Below, one piece after another: positions 13,581 through 27,740 of a stretch of DNA of 64,000 nucleotides (its first letter is position 1; each line of letters begins with the position of its first letter). Under the pieces are notes generated by a model, which was not told the DNA's origin, did not search any database, and saw nothing but the letters and a program-made list of their open reading frames with translations. The translations under genes and the position numbers were made by a program. The stretch is from the human T2T-CHM13v2.0 reference genome, Homo sapiens, in NCBI RefSeq assembly GCF_009914755.1, contig NC_060947.1. The stretch is one strand, 5' to 3'.

Positions 13581-14554
13581 AATCCGATGGTAAAATACTA
13601 CAGCTACTACTCACAATTATTATTTTAAAAATTAAATTAGAATGCTATTTGTAGTACTTTAAGGGTGAAATCATAAGTGGGCTAATGATTTCAAGTTTTC
13701 TTAGCATGGAAAGTAAGAAGAAAAGGAAAAGTATAAGACATTTTGAGTGAGGTAAATAAAACATCAGAATCTGTGTTCTGAACCATGTTCTGTCATTTGC
13801 ATTCAATGTGCTTATGGTAGGGCTAATATTGATGTCAGTTATAGTTAGCATTCATTGACTACATACAGTAATGCTATGTCCTGTCTGTCCTTAAAAAAAT
13901 AGAACACCCTTCAAAGAAGGTAGTCACATTCTCATTTTAGTGATGTGGAAACTGAGATTCAGAAAGGTTAAATGACTTGCTTTTAAAACCATGGTAAGGT
14001 GGTTTCAGAACCAGACATTTTCTCCCAGATATTTTTGTCTCTGAAGCCAGTGGGAAAAAAACTGCAGATAAATAGATTTCTTTACACCATAAGGATGCCT
14101 TTGCTAAGAGACAGCAATTCAAAGAAGGAATGGGCTGCCTCCTGAGCTAATGAGTTTCTCATCACTAGAAGCAGGATCGCTATGTAATTTGCAGGGCCCA
14201 GTGCAAAATGAAATGGCCTTATGTCCAGGAAGCTGGTCTTGGCTGGTAGTTTGCAAGCAGAAGTTAGCCTGCCTCCAGACAGGGATGTCAGAGTGAGGCG
14301 TCAACATGAGCTGATGCACAGGACCAGATGGCCTTAATCTGAGACACCATGGCTCTATTCTATTAGCCCAAGTGAGTTAAGGGAGCATCCCAAGGTAGCT
14401 GACATGACACCTTAGAGGCTTCAGATGAGAGAGAATTCTGCAAGAGGATTTGGAGAGAGCCATGGTGCCATGATCATCTGGGGCACTGAAAACATGCTCT
14501 GCCCTATGAGGCAGCACCAACACTCAGAAGAAAACAAAAAAGAAACTCTTTTAG

Positions 14555-14775
14555 TGGAGGTGAAGTGTAATGAAAAGAATTAGACAGATGTGGGTTCAAA
14601 TCCTAGCTCTGGCAATTACTAGCTAGCTATTTGCCTTTGAACAAATCACTTAAACCTCCCTGCGACTGTTCTGTCATCTAGAATATGATCACAGTACCTG
14701 CCTTGCAGAGGTGTGGGGAAGGAGGCAAGTCAAATGTATCTGGCACTGGGTAAGCCCTCCATAAATGTTAACTGT
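14555..14775 (+). mobile_element. MIR SINE
   Basis: tgggttcaaatcctagctctg...tactagct...caaatcacttaa...ataaatgtta. Confidence 0.7.
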
Positions 14776-15663
14776 TGGATGTGTTTATAAACCACTGGGA
14801 GTGGGGACGGTATGACGTTGGGTCATTTGCCTTTCCTTGAGCACTTCATGGACGAATAGCCAAATCTGCCGGACCCACCTAGGGGCATGGAAACCACTTC
14901 CCGCTCTAGTGCTACTAACTACAGCACTGCAGTAGTGGTAGGCAGTGGGTGAAAGTGGAGTGGGGCCACTAGTAGACAGTAATAACAATAAACTCTCCAG
15001 GAGAACAGGGCCCTCAAGCTTTTCCCCTAGCCTTGAAGATACTTACAGGAGATAACTGCCCAAGTCCAATCTTGGAATCCTGCTAGTTGAGTGTTTTACC
15101 CACAAGGACATTTCATGAGATCAGGACTAAGAATAAAATTCACTTCTGCCCAGTAGCGCTATATGCATTAGTCACTTGGAATAGCAACAATCTTAATATC
15201 TTTCTATTTGTCCGCAAACCCCACCATCCCACCTCTTTAAAATTCCGTGAAATGGCCAGAATAGCGAAACACCGATACCTACAGTCTTCCAGGAACTTCA
15301 TTGTCCCTTATGCAACATAGAAGGAATGGTATGAGAACTAAGAGAACATTGCAGTAAATCACTGAATTTCTTGGCTTTCTTTTTTTCTTTTAATAATAAA
15401 AAGCACTCCAATCAAACTATTAATTAACTTGTAAAAGGCTCGAACTATTATGTACTATTCCCCGCCCATGTCCATGTGCTGCACAGTATTTTCTTACTCA
15501 GGACTGGTGGAACATTTCTTTTGCTTTTGTTTGAAAAATTACTTTTTATTTGGCCTTGGGCTGCTATCATAACTTCTGTTTTCACTAGATTGCATAAGCC
15601 ATACATCTGCACACATTTTTGATTTGTACAGGGAGTTTGAATTTTAATATCTACCTCCATCTC

Positions 15664-15956
<293 letters not shown>

Positions 15957-16179
15957 TCAAAAACCTCTCATCTTTTGTCCTTTTCTTCAAGATTCTGATT
16001 TCCTTGTGGACATTCATTTTGATACTTACATAAATCTTGCGTTATTCTGCCCATTTTTTTGGCTACAAGGCTCAGCTTTGGGGCTGTAAATGTGAAATAT
16101 TTCCATCATAACCTATCTTTGGGTATGGGAAGGTCCTTAATGCTGGAAGTTCATTGAATAATTGCTTATTTTAATAGAT

Positions 16180-16665
16180 GTTTATTTTCATTCACATTTC
16201 TCCCTCCACTCCATCCCTTGGGGCAGTACCCTAGTTCAGTTCTTCATCTACTCTCTCCTTGACTGTTGCGATAGCCTCCTAAGCAGCCACTCCACATCCA
16301 ATCTCCCCATATCCAAAGTATCCTAAACATAGCTACCAGTCATCTCTCTAAACCACAGCTTTTGGCAAAAGATCCTTGAAGTTTCCCTTTTGCCTAATGA
16401 GTAACGTACTAGCTCCTCATCCTGGCATTCGAAGCTCTCTATGTTTATATGTTTGCCTATCTTTCTTTTCTAGCTTCTTTCCCATTACTTGTCTTCATAT
16501 AGCTTTAGCTTTTGCCAAACTACCATTCTTTGTTTTCAGAGCACACCCTATACTTTCCAGCATCAGTGTTTCTTTCACCTGGAATTAACTGCCTGCCACA
16601 GAGATCTCCGTTCATCAGCCTATTCATTCTTTAATGCCCAAGACACATGCCACCAATTTCATTTG
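16180..16665 (+). mobile_element. L2 fragment
   Basis: cctagttcag...gactgttgcgatagcctcctaa...tcctggcattcgaagctctc. Confidence 0.5.
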
Positions 16666-16677
16666 AATGGTCCTTAG

Positions 16678-16919
16678 AGACACTGAAATGGCGCCTGCTG
16701 TACACCTGTCCACCCCGACCCCCGCTGCCCACTGCTGGCTCTTCCAGTCTTGTGAAACATTAACCTCTCCTAACAGCAAGCACAGCTTCTCCATGGAGAA
16801 GACACTGAAATGGCACCTGCTGGACACCCGTCCACCCCCCACCCCTGCTGCCCACTGCTGCGTCTGCCAGTCTCGTGAAACATTAACCTCTCCTAACAGC
16901 AAGCACAGCTTCTCCATGG
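16678..16919. repeat. Tandem duplication, two units of about 122 bp
   Basis: Units begin agacactgaaatgg at 16678 and 16800; about 9 substitutions and 1 indel by hand alignment. Confidence 0.95.
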
Positions 16920-17754
16920 GGCCTGCTCACTCTGGCCCTCTGGTCCCACCATTTTTCTCACTACTCAAATAAAGTTTGGAGACCTTTCCCTGATTTTTTA
17001 AGAACATGCTAGCTCTTTCATGATACTCGTTATCATACCACCCCCATCTGCTTTTCAGTGTACCTTTCAATTGCTCTCTAGTGCTCCATTCTTGATTGTT
17101 TTCCATTTCTATTATAGCTTTCAAGGAGAGTCTTTACTTGGCCTACTTTCTTAGTAAATGGTTTGGTGAGATTCTGATTTTCATCTGATATTAGTTCTTT
17201 CTCCAAGAGGGACAGAGAAAAATGAAAAAAATATCTTGCCTTCAGTTATTCTTTTCATATTCTTTGAAATTCTAAGCCACAGAAGTCTTCTGTTAGGCTG
17301 CTACCTTCATTTTAAGAGACTCTTCCCTAAATGACAAGTTGTGACTTCAGAACTAGAGAACATGGCAGCCTCTCATGGCTTTCTGCTCAGTCCCATTTTT
17401 CTTTTCTGGATCCACTCTGGGCCTTCTTTAAAGTGACTCAACTTCCCAAGCATGTGATTTTACGTATTTTAAAAACAAGTCTGGTTTTTTCAACTCATTC
17501 TGAAATGTGGCTGCCAAAGTAAATACCCAACCCTCTCTAACACATACATACCCTCTTTCACACACACATGCACATGCACATGTAAACATACTCCTGAAGG
17601 ATGAGGAAAGCAATGGTAAATGGGGAAGCAAAAAAATACCATTTTTCATTTAGACAGACTTCCCAATACCGATGAACTAAAATTCAGGGATTTGTGATTT
17701 GAAATGCATGGATGGCCTTTGAGTGGTCTTTTCAAATCCCCTAAATATATCAAT

Positions 17755-17968
17755 TTAATAACTTATTGAGCATCTACCATTTGATGAGTGCTGTGTAGAT
17801 GTATCTATATATATCATAAAATTTATTTCTTGCTACAACTTTTGGAAGAGATTATTATAATCCTCATTTACAGATGAGGAAACTGAGTCTCTGTGAGAGG
17901 AAATGATTTGCCCAAGATCCCTCAGGCAATAAGTAGTAAATCTGACTTTGAAACACAGGTCTGATTCC
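17755..17968 (-). mobile_element. MIR SINE
   Basis: catttacagatgaggaaactgagtct...tgatttgcccaagat. Confidence 0.8.
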
Positions 17969-18220
17969 TTATCCCCATCAGATTTCCCAGGCATTCTGGT
18001 ACAGGTGGTGTTTCAACAGATGGGAATGGGGCAGGGTGAGAAAGATAGTATGAATAAAGGTACAGACATGGGAAAATGTAGCTACACATAGGACAGTAGT
18101 AGGAATTAAGGTTGCAAAATTGTGTTAGGGACAGAACACAAAAGGATTAGAAACTTGAACTTCCTTCCATTGTCCTGAAGGGACAATAAAAGATTTTGTA
18201 GTAGGAAAACAATATAATCA

Positions 18221-19932
18221 GAGAGCCAAATCAAGAATGCAATCCAATTTACAATAGCCATACAAAAAAAATTAAATACCTAAGAATACATCTAACCAAA
18301 GAGGTGAAAGATCTCTACAGGGAGAATTAACATACACTGCTGAGAGAAATCAGAGGCAACACAGACAAATGGAAAAACATTCCACACTCATTAATTAGAA
18401 GAATCAATATTGTTAAAATGGCCATACTGCTCAAAGCAATCTACAGATTCAACGCTATTCCTATCAAATAACCAATGTCACTTTTCACAGATTTAAAAAA
18501 AGATTTTAAAATTCATATGGAATTTAAAACGAGCCCAAATAGTCAAAGTAAACCTAAGCCAAAAGAACAAAGCTGGAGGCATCACATTACCCAACTTCAA
18601 ACTATACTACAAGGCTACAGGAACCAAAACAGCATGTTGCTGGTACAGAAAAAGACATATAGACCAATGCAACAGGATAGAGAATGCAGAAATAAAGCCA
18701 CACACCTACAACCAACTAGTCTTTGACAAAGTTGATAAAAAATAAGCAACAGGGACAGGACTTTCTATTCAATAAATGGTGCTGGGATAACTGGCATATG
18801 CAGAAGATTGAAACTGGACCTCTGGCTATCACCATATATACAAAAATTAACTCAAGATTGATTAAAGACTTAAATGTAAGACTTCAAACTATAAAAACTC
18901 CAGAAGGAAACCTGGGAAATATCCTTTGGACATCAGCCTAGGCAAAGAATTTATGACTGAGTCATCAAAAGCAATTGAAACAAAACCAAAAATTGACAGG
19001 TGGGATCTAATTAAACCAAAGAGCTTCTGCACAGCAAAAGAAAATATCGACAGGCACCCTACAGAACTGGATAAAATATTCATAAACTATGCATCCAACA
19101 AAGGACTAATATCCAGCATCTATAAGGAACTTAAATCAACAAGCAAAAAACAACCCCATTGAAAAGAGGGCAAAGGACATGAACAGACGCTTTTCAAAAG
19201 AAGACATACAAGTGGCCAAAAGACATGAAAAAATGCTCATCATTACTAATCATCAGAGAAATGTGAATCAAAACCACAGTGAGATACCATCTCACACCAG
19301 TCAGAATGGCTATTATTAAAACGTCAAAAACAGCAGATGTTGAAGAGGTTGCAGTGAAAAGGGAATGTGTATACATTGCTGGTGGCAATGTAAGTTAGTT
19401 CAGCCCCTGTGGAAAGCAGTTAAAGATTTCTCAAAGATCTAAAAATAGAAATACCATTTGATCCAGCAGTCCTCTTACTGGGTATATATCCAAAGGAAAA
19501 TAAACCATTCTACCAAAAAGACACCTGCACTTGTATGTTCATCGCAGCACTATTCACAACAGTAAAGACATGGAATCAACATAGGTGCCCATTGATAGTG
19601 GATCGGATAAAGAAAATGTACACGTACACCATGGAATACTACCCAGCCATAAAAATGAACAAAATCATGTCCTTTATGGGAACATGGATGCAGCTGAAGG
19701 CCATTATCCTAAGCAAATTAATGCAAAAAAAAATCACATATTCTCACTTATAAGTGGGAGCTATACCTTGGGTACACATGGACATAAAGATGAGAACAAT
19801 AGACATTAAGGACTCCAAAAACTATCTGGGTGATGGAATCAATAGAAGCCCAAACCTCAGCATCATGCAGTACACCCTTGTAATAAACCTGTACATGTAC
19901 CCCCTGAATCTAAAATAAAAATTAAAAAAAAT
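18221..19932 (+). mobile_element. L1PB3/PB4-like 5'-truncated LINE-1 (ORF2 C-terminus and 3' UTR), inactivated
   Basis: ORF2 peptides in the ORF track ([29 protein letters not shown]); 3' end aatagaagcccaaacctcagcatc...cccctgaatctaaaataaaa. Confidence 0.92.
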
Positions 19933-21369
19933 TTAAACAGCTGCATTTTAGACAGATTAATCTAATTCAAGTCTGAATCTATGCTGTTGACAGTATTTTT
20001 AAAAATTCTTTCCTAAGAATTCTTTATTCACTCCAGGCCTATGCTTTGGTCAGAATTCTCTCTTTGTTTTTCAATACTTTAGTGAAAATTCAGAAGGCCA
20101 TGTGGAAAAAAACAGAGGAAACAAACCACACACAAACACAAGATAATTATATACAAGTCTGGGAAGAAAGAGCACAATGGGTCATGACGAACTTTATTGA
20201 ACAGAAGGCGAATAAGCAACGTTCCAATTGTACAGGAAAAAAAAAACCCAGCAACCCAAACACCACCACCAACAATAAGAAACAAAGGCAGCCAGGATCT
20301 GGGAGACATGGATGAAGCTTGTGAAAATGACACTTTCTTAAAAGAGCAGAAGAGAAACTAAAAAGGATGAAGGGGAGAACCATGGATTTGAGGGTTAAAC
20401 TAAAAGGAAAAATAGAAAGGAAATAGGAAGGAAGGGTGTAACTCATAGCTGGTTTTGATATATCATCCCAGTCTGACAACCAAGGCAGTCTCCCTGCATT
20501 AGAAGGCCATGCTAAAAGTAGATGAGTTGTAAACAAGCCTCCCACTGGTCATTAGTTTGGCAAATTAGTGGGTTATCTCTTAGAGTCCTCTCTTTTTCTC
20601 CTTTCCCTTTCCTCTGCATTCAATTTGTCACTCATTCCTACAAGTCTACCCCAGAAGGGTTGCCTGAATCAAAGCCCTTCTCCCCATTTCCACTCACGGG
20701 GCCACTGTGTTAATTAAATTCCATGTCGTTTCTCAGCTGGACCAGGCTTCCTGCCTCTAATTCGTTTCTTCCTCCCTCTAATTGAGGCTTAGATCTGCCC
20801 CAGTATTGAGCTTCCTATACTCTCTTGCTTATAAACCTTCTTTGGTGGCCCATGGCCTATAAGGTACAGTAGAACTCACTCAGTTTTACATGATGCAGTG
20901 GGAGTGGAATCAAAGGGTTCCCCTAGACCCATGGATGAAGAGACGACTAAGGAGCTAAGTCTGGGATGAGAAACTCTTGCAAAAAGCCAACTAATAGCTT
21001 TTTCCTCCTCATCTCAGAACCACCCCTCTTCCCAGAGTGTGTGTATACAAGATGAGTTACTTAAGATTGCACCCAACCTGATGGTAGATTGGAGAAGGCT
21101 ATCTGTCCCTTTCTCAGTTGAATATATGAGGGTCTTCTTCCCAGGAGGCTTGCCCACACCAGTCTTCTTTCCCACCATGGCCCATCCCCTTTCCAAAGAG
21201 TATAAACTTCATACCCTCCTCCCTTCAAGAACTCCTATCTTTGCTTAGCAAAATTTGTTTCCCAAGCTTGGAGAGAGGAAAGGGGCCTTTTTCCAAATCA
21301 GGGGTAAATAAAAAGTGGCAGAATCTTACAGTAGACATCATATTAGAGCTCATTTTTATGAATTCTTCT

Positions 21370-22175
21370 ACTGTATATAAGGTCCTCACTTTCTTATTAC
21401 TCAGCCTACCACTCCAGTTTCATCTTCCACTTTTACTGCTTCTCCCCACCCCTTCACAATCCTGACATACCCTAAACTCCAGTCATACTGAACTTTCCAA
21501 CATTCCTCAGATAAATCAAGCCTTTGCAGAAATTCATGCACAAGCTGTTCCTTCTGCTTAGAACATCCTTACTCTTCTTATCTCGCCAGTAAATTCCTAC
21601 TCTCCTTTAAGACCCTGCTCAACTATTGCCTCTTCTGGGAACTCTTTCCAGACTGTTCCAGATAGAATTAATTAATCGTCCTTTGAGCTCTCATAGCATT
21701 TTTCCATATCCCTTTGATAGCACCATCCTTATCATGGCAAAACAATATAACAACTAAAGGGATGGGCTCTGGAGGCAGACTGCCTGGGTTTGAGTTCTTA
21801 CTCTGCCACTTATAAGCTATGTGATGTTGAGCCAATTACTTCGCCTTTCTTTGCTTCAGCTTCGTCATGTATAAAACAAAATAAATAAGATGATACTTGT
21901 AAAACCTTTAGAACAGAACCTGACACATTGCAAATGTTAGTAAATATTATACATCATCATTTCTTCTATTGTTTTATTGTTATCGTATATATAACCTACT
22001 TGTATATGTAATATACATGTGTTATTATATAGCACTATTATAGCATTACTTAACTTTTGCTGTGTCTGTGTCTTGTCTTCCAAGCTGGTTTATAGTGTTT
22101 TGAGGGCAGAAACCTTGTATTACTTTCTCCCCCATAGTGCCTGGTGTTAAGTATGGGCTCATTAAGTATTTGTTG
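21370..22175 (+). mobile_element. L2 3' region with a nested plus-strand MIR (about 21745-21950)
   Basis: gctgttccttctgcttagaac...ttgagggcagaaacc...gctcattaagtatttgttg; MIR head gggctctggaggcagactgcctgggtttga. Confidence 0.7.
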
Positions 22176-22184
22176 GGGTCAGTA

Positions 22185-22415
22185 TATTATACTGAAAAAA
22201 GCACTGAAATCTGAGAGATTTGGGTTTGGATCTTGATTCTGCTCATAATTGTTGTATGATCTCAATCTTCCTGAGCCTCAGTTTCCTCATCTATAAAATG
22301 AGGATGATAATAAGAGTACCTACCTCACAGGGATATTTTAAGAATTAAATAACTTAGTACATGTAAAACCTAGCACATAATAACATAATAAGAACTCACT
22401 AAATGGTTTTTATTA
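22185..22415 (+). mobile_element. MIR SINE
   Basis: ctgagcctcagtttcctcatctataaaatgaggatgataataagagtacctacctcacaggg. Confidence 0.85.
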
Positions 22416-22971
22416 TCAGCTTTGTATCCCTTTGCATTTAACTTAATAAATACTTTTACTTGAATGAATGAACCCAGCCATTTTCTGGAACTTGAGGATC
22501 AAGGGAATCCAGGCAGATACTCTATTTGTTCCTAAGAATCCAGAGGAAAATGTGAGTCATCTCCATTCTGTATCATGGCTCACTCTGAACTGGGTCACCA
22601 TCCTCCAGAAGGTGACAAATGTGGCTGGCTGAGTCACTATAAGAGCTTTTCTGTAAGGATTTGCCCGAACCCCCCACCATAGCTCATTGGACATAGTATC
22701 TTTCATATTAGGTGCGAGGTGCATACCCTTCCTGAAATGGGCAGAATAAAGAGGTGCAAAACTCCTGGGGAATCAGAGTGGCTATGAATTCACTCCTCTT
22801 TCTTATTCTGTTGCCTCTTCCCTTTGTTTGGTTTATTTGCTAATCAACTTTGCCCACACTCACATCTAGTGTAGCCCAAGTCTGTGCAGAGAAGACACTT
22901 TGAAAGCCTAAGACTATCATAGTTCCAGCAGAATAATAGAAAAATAACAAGTGTTGACTATTCAGTTCTGA

Positions 22972-23228
22972 TGTAGCACTGTATTGAAGAACATAACATT
23001 CTAGATCCAGATGGCCTGAATTTGAATCCCAGCTCCACCACCAACTAGCTGTGAGACCTCAGGCAAATCACTTAACGTTTGCATCCTTTCATTTCTCCAT
23101 CTATCAAATAGAAACAATAAAAGTACTTACCTACCTCTTAGGGTTTTGTGAGGGTTAAATGAGTTAATACATACAGAACACTTAAAAGAATGTCTGGCAC
23201 ATAGTAGGTGCTATATAAATATTAGCTT
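22972..23228 (+). mobile_element. MIR SINE, near full length
   Basis: tgaatcccagctccacca...actagctgtgagacctcaggcaa...ggcacatagtaggtgc...attagct. Confidence 0.85.
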
Positions 23229-24558
23229 TTAAAAACAGCTTTATTGAGATATAATTCATCTATGTGAATTATATCTCAATAAATTCACCTATTTAAAGTG
23301 TACAGTTCAGTCATTTTTAGTATTTCACAGAGTTGTGCAACCATCACCACAATCTAATTTTTAGAAAATATTCATTACCCCAAAAAGGAATCTCATACCC
23401 ACTGGTAGCCGTTTCCATCCCTGAAGCTCCCTCTCCCCCTTCCCAGCTCCAGGTAATCACTAACCTACTTTCTGTCTGTATAGATTTGCCTCTTCTGGAC
23501 ATTTTATATAAATGAACTCATACAATAGGTGGTCTTCTGTGACTAGCTTCTCTCCCTTAGCATAACTGTCTTTTAAAAAATTGCAACTTCCATTTTAGAT
23601 TCAGGGTGTACATGTCCAGGTTTGCTACATGGGTATATTGCATGATGCTGAGGTTTGGGGTACAGCTGATCCCATCACCCAGACAGTGAGCATCCAATAG
23701 GTAGTTTTTCGGGCCTTGTCCACCTCCCTTCCTCCCCTGTCTAGTAGTCTCCAGTGTCTATCGTTCCCATATTTATGTCCATGTGTACCCAGTGTTTAGC
23801 TCCCACTTACAAGTGAGAACATAGCATAATGTTTTTAAGGTTCATCCATGTTGTATATATATCAGAGCTTACTTCCTTTTTAAGGCTGAATAATAGTTCA
23901 TTATATGAATATATCATATTTTGTTTTTCCATTTATCAGTTGATTGACATTTTGGATTGTTTCTATCTTTTGGCTAGTATGAATAACACTGCTATCAATA
24001 TTCATTTACAAGTTTTTGTGTAAAGATATGTTTTTAAATCTCTTGGGTATATATCTGGGAGTGGAATTGCTGGATCATATGGTAACACTATGTTTAATGG
24101 TTTGAGGAACCACCAAACTATTTTCCAAAGAGCCTGCACTATTTAAAATTCCCTCCAGTAGTGGGAATGATGGTTTCAATTTTTCCACATCTTCATCAAC
24201 ACTTGTTATTTTATTTTATTTTTATTTTATTAAATTATTATTTTTATTATATTTATTTTATTTTTTATTTATTTTTTATTATAGCCATCCTACTGTGTGT
24301 AAAGTAGTATCTCATTGTGGTTTTGATTTGCATTTCTCTGATGGTTAATGAGGTTGAGTATCTTTTCATGTGTTTATTGACCATTCTTATGTCTACTTTG
24401 GAGAAATGTCCCTACAAATTCTTTGCCCATTTTTAAATTGGGTTGTCATTTTATTACTGAGTTGTAACAGTTCTTATATATTCTGCATGCAAATCTCTTG
24501 TCAGATATATGTTTGTGAATATTCTGTCATTCTGTGTAATTTTTTTTCATTTTCTTGA
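23229..24558 (-). mobile_element. L1MB-type 3' portion
   Basis: acagctttattgagatataattca...ttaaagtgtacagttca...gagtggaattgctggatcatatggtaac...tatctcattgtggttttgatttgcatttctctgat. Confidence 0.9.
23571..23821 (-). mobile_element. L1PA15/16-like 3' end nested in L1MB
   Basis: ttttagattcagggtgtacatg...catgatgctgaggtttgggg...tcccacttacaagtgagaacat; degenerate TSD tagcataa(c)tgt.ttttaa. Confidence 0.85.
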
Positions 24559-25179
24559 AGCTATTATTATTAAATAGAAATTTGTAAGTTCGCATATAAT
24601 AAAGATGACAGATTGTATTAGAAAGAATGAGATCTAAAATCACCTGATGCACCCTATGGTACACTACCCTGCTCCTGCACTCCTTTGAAATTAAATTCAA
24701 AACAGATCAAGCTTCTCCTCTGTGCCAGGCACTGTGGGGGAATAAGACCTAACCTCTATTCTCAAAGAGCTTCATAACACAGAAGAGAAGATGCAAACAT
24801 GTGGAAACTTAAATAATTATAACATGTTTAAATAGCAGTTCAGGACCACAACAGAAAAGATGCCACAGAGCACTATATGATTAATTTCCAAATGAATTGC
24901 ATGGAAAAGAATTGCTATGGGAACTCAAGGGAGGGAGAAAGCACTTGGGGCTGAGGTGGTCAGGGGAAGCTTTAAGGAGAAGGGATCTAAGCAGTCTGTA
25001 ATTAACTACCGCCATGCCTGTGTAATACTAAACAAAGACTTGGAGAGAAAAAAATATTGACTGTTTTTGAGGTGAGGCATCTTAGTGATTAAATTGATAC
25101 CACCATTTCTTTTCAACCTCTGCAGGAATCCCCACAGTCCCACCTTTCCAATGAAGACTTACGTGGCCTCTGTCTAGTC

Positions 25180-25390
25180 CAGAGGTTACCAATTAACAAA
25201 GTTAACAAGCCACATCTGGCTTACAGACACGTTTGGTTTGGTCCAATTAAAATATTAGAACTAGCTGCTAAAACATTTAACTGGACAAATTTCACATAAA
25301 ATATTAATTTCCAGTTTCTCTAGAAAAATCAGAAGACCTGGCTACCCTGCATTGGAACATGCATTCTCTGGGACCATGGCCAATGGCAAC
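25180..25390 (+). mobile_element. MER102-like hAT-Charlie fragment
   Basis: gtttggtttggtcc...atttcacataaaa...tttccagtttctctagaaaaatcagaagacctggc. Confidence 0.55.
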
Positions 25391-25595
25391 CCTGCTTGCA
25401 CATGCAGAATTCAGTTTGAGACTTCCTAGAATCATAGTTCTTAGACTAAAAGGTATCTTAAGAGTGCATCTGTTTCTATTCCCTGACTTTGGGAATGTAT
25501 GGTATTATAATATTACCCTCAATTTACAACTTGATTTAGAATATCAACTAAAACCCACAGAGAATTTGACTTGCTGCAGGCCACAGGGCTATTAA

Positions 25596-26074
<479 letters not shown>

Positions 26075-26505
26075 TGATCATTATCTCTCTTAAATGACAT
26101 TGTAACATCCCAAACTGCAAAGGGGCCCACATCAAGTTTTTCTATGAAAGCCCATGACGTGGAGCACAATGCTTTGTACTAAATAGGCACTCAGGTGGTA
26201 TTTGTTATTGATTGATAGGATTCTGAAGAACTCAGTATGTAACCATCCTTCCAAACCTGGGTGTGTTAAAATGTGTTCATTGTTCAGAGACAAAGGTCTG
26301 GTACCTTTAAGAAGTCTCAGCTTTGCAATGAGTTTGTGGGGCAGCTGCTTGGCATAGATACTGGGGAGGGACAGGGAGGAGATCATTATGTAGGCACATG
26401 GCGCTAGGATGTACCTTACTTTGTCTTGGCTGTTTTCTGAATGTTAAGAGGAAGGATGAAATAATAGCAGATATAGGAAAAGTTATTTAAAGCCTTGCCT
26501 TAGAT

Positions 26506-26697
26506 CAGTGGTTCTCAGGCGTGAGGATGCATCAAAAGCCCCTGGAGGGCTTCTTAAAACACAGATTGCTATATCCCACCCCTGAGTTTCTGGTTCAGTA
26601 GGTCTGAAGTGAGTGGGGTCCACAAATATGCATTTCTAACAAGTTCTCAGGTGATGCTGATGCTCCTGGTCCAGGGACCACACTTTAAGAACCATTG
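26506..26697 (-). mobile_element. MER5A hAT-Charlie MITE
   Basis: TIRs cagtggttctca / taagaaccattg; tgcatttctaacaagttctcaggtgatgctgatgct. Confidence 0.85.
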
Positions 26698-26924
26698 CTC
26701 TGCCAAGTAGTTGGCTCAAGAGTAGCTAATTAGAGAAATCTGAGCACAGTTAGCAACTGGAAGCAAAAAGTCCATGAGGAAACTGTGTGATGTACGTAGT
26801 GGGGAGAGTGTGAACTGGCTAGGAAACCAGAATGGTCAGATTCCAGTACCAGGGGTATCATATCTTTTTAAGCAGTGTCCAAAGAATAAGTATATTTTAA
26901 TTCACATATTCCTGATTCATTTTA

Positions 26925-27185
26925 CTAGTGTTTCCCAAAATGTGCACTGTGGAACCCTAGAAGATATTAATAGGTAGGCAATGAGATTAAAAAGGATCCA
27001 TAGAGAAAGATGTTGGAACATTTTGAATTAAAGAAAATTGAACAGGATTCTTTACGGCTTCTAAGAGCCTTTAAAATGTGAATGAATGAATGCACTGCAA
27101 ATCTCCAAGGAAATATAGAATATGCAGTATTTATTTTATTAATTTATGCAGAATATTCAGAATTAGTTGACCAAAGATCCTTCGT
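26925..27185. mobile_element. hAT-Charlie element (MER5C-like), same family as 4093
   Basis: tagtgtttcccaaaatgtg...ggaacccta...agagcctttaaaatg...aatctccaag. Confidence 0.5.
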
Positions 27186-27607
27186 TAACACTTGGCTGTT
27201 TTTTTGTAAAATGTTGTTTAGGAAACCTTCATTGGTTTACACCTGAAATGCCACAATATTTTATCAATAGATGAGGTTGCTTGCAACAGTGGAAACAGCA
27301 CTGCACTGGGAGTCAAAACATCTGGGATTTTGTTCTGTCTCTGCCACTTAGGTCTGCCACAAGTTGGCTTGCTCCCATGAAAAAGATGGGTATGATTGAA
27401 ATTTATCATCCCTTTGCAAATGGTAGCAGCCAGTAGCTCCACCCAAAATAAGTAAATAAAATCTCACACAATCAATTTTTTTAAATCTAATTTACCATAC
27501 CCTTAAGGTTATTCAATCTTTTTGTTTTTTTTTTCTCATGTTACCTTGTGTAACAGGTATTCAACCTTCAAAGCCAGAAATATGAGAAGCCTTATGCTGA
27601 GAGTTTG

Positions 27608-27740
27608 ATAGAAAGGAAGGGAGGAAGGGAGAAAGTAGAAAGGGAGAAAAGGAAGAAGAGAGGAAGGGATGAAAGGAGGAAAGGCGGGGCAGGGAGGAAA
27701 GGAAGAACAGCAGAAAGAAGGAAGGAAGGAAAAATAAGAA
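27608..27740. repeat. GA-rich low-complexity tract
   Basis: Nearly pure purine run; explains the R/K/E/G-rich ORF 27605..27928. Confidence 0.85.

Noticed and set aside
16678-16919. Direct repeats as a CRISPR-like array or duplicated CTCF site
   Set aside because: Only two long units with no spacers in eukaryotic DNA; CCAGCAGGTGCCA lacks a G needed for the CTCF core.
18475-19809. Cluster of protein-like ORFs
   Set aside because: Frameshifted L1 ORF2 remnants, not a host gene; the same applies to 44234..44476.
24205-24282. Long AT-rich tract
   Set aside because: Ordinary (TTTTA)n low-complexity expansion inside L1MB.
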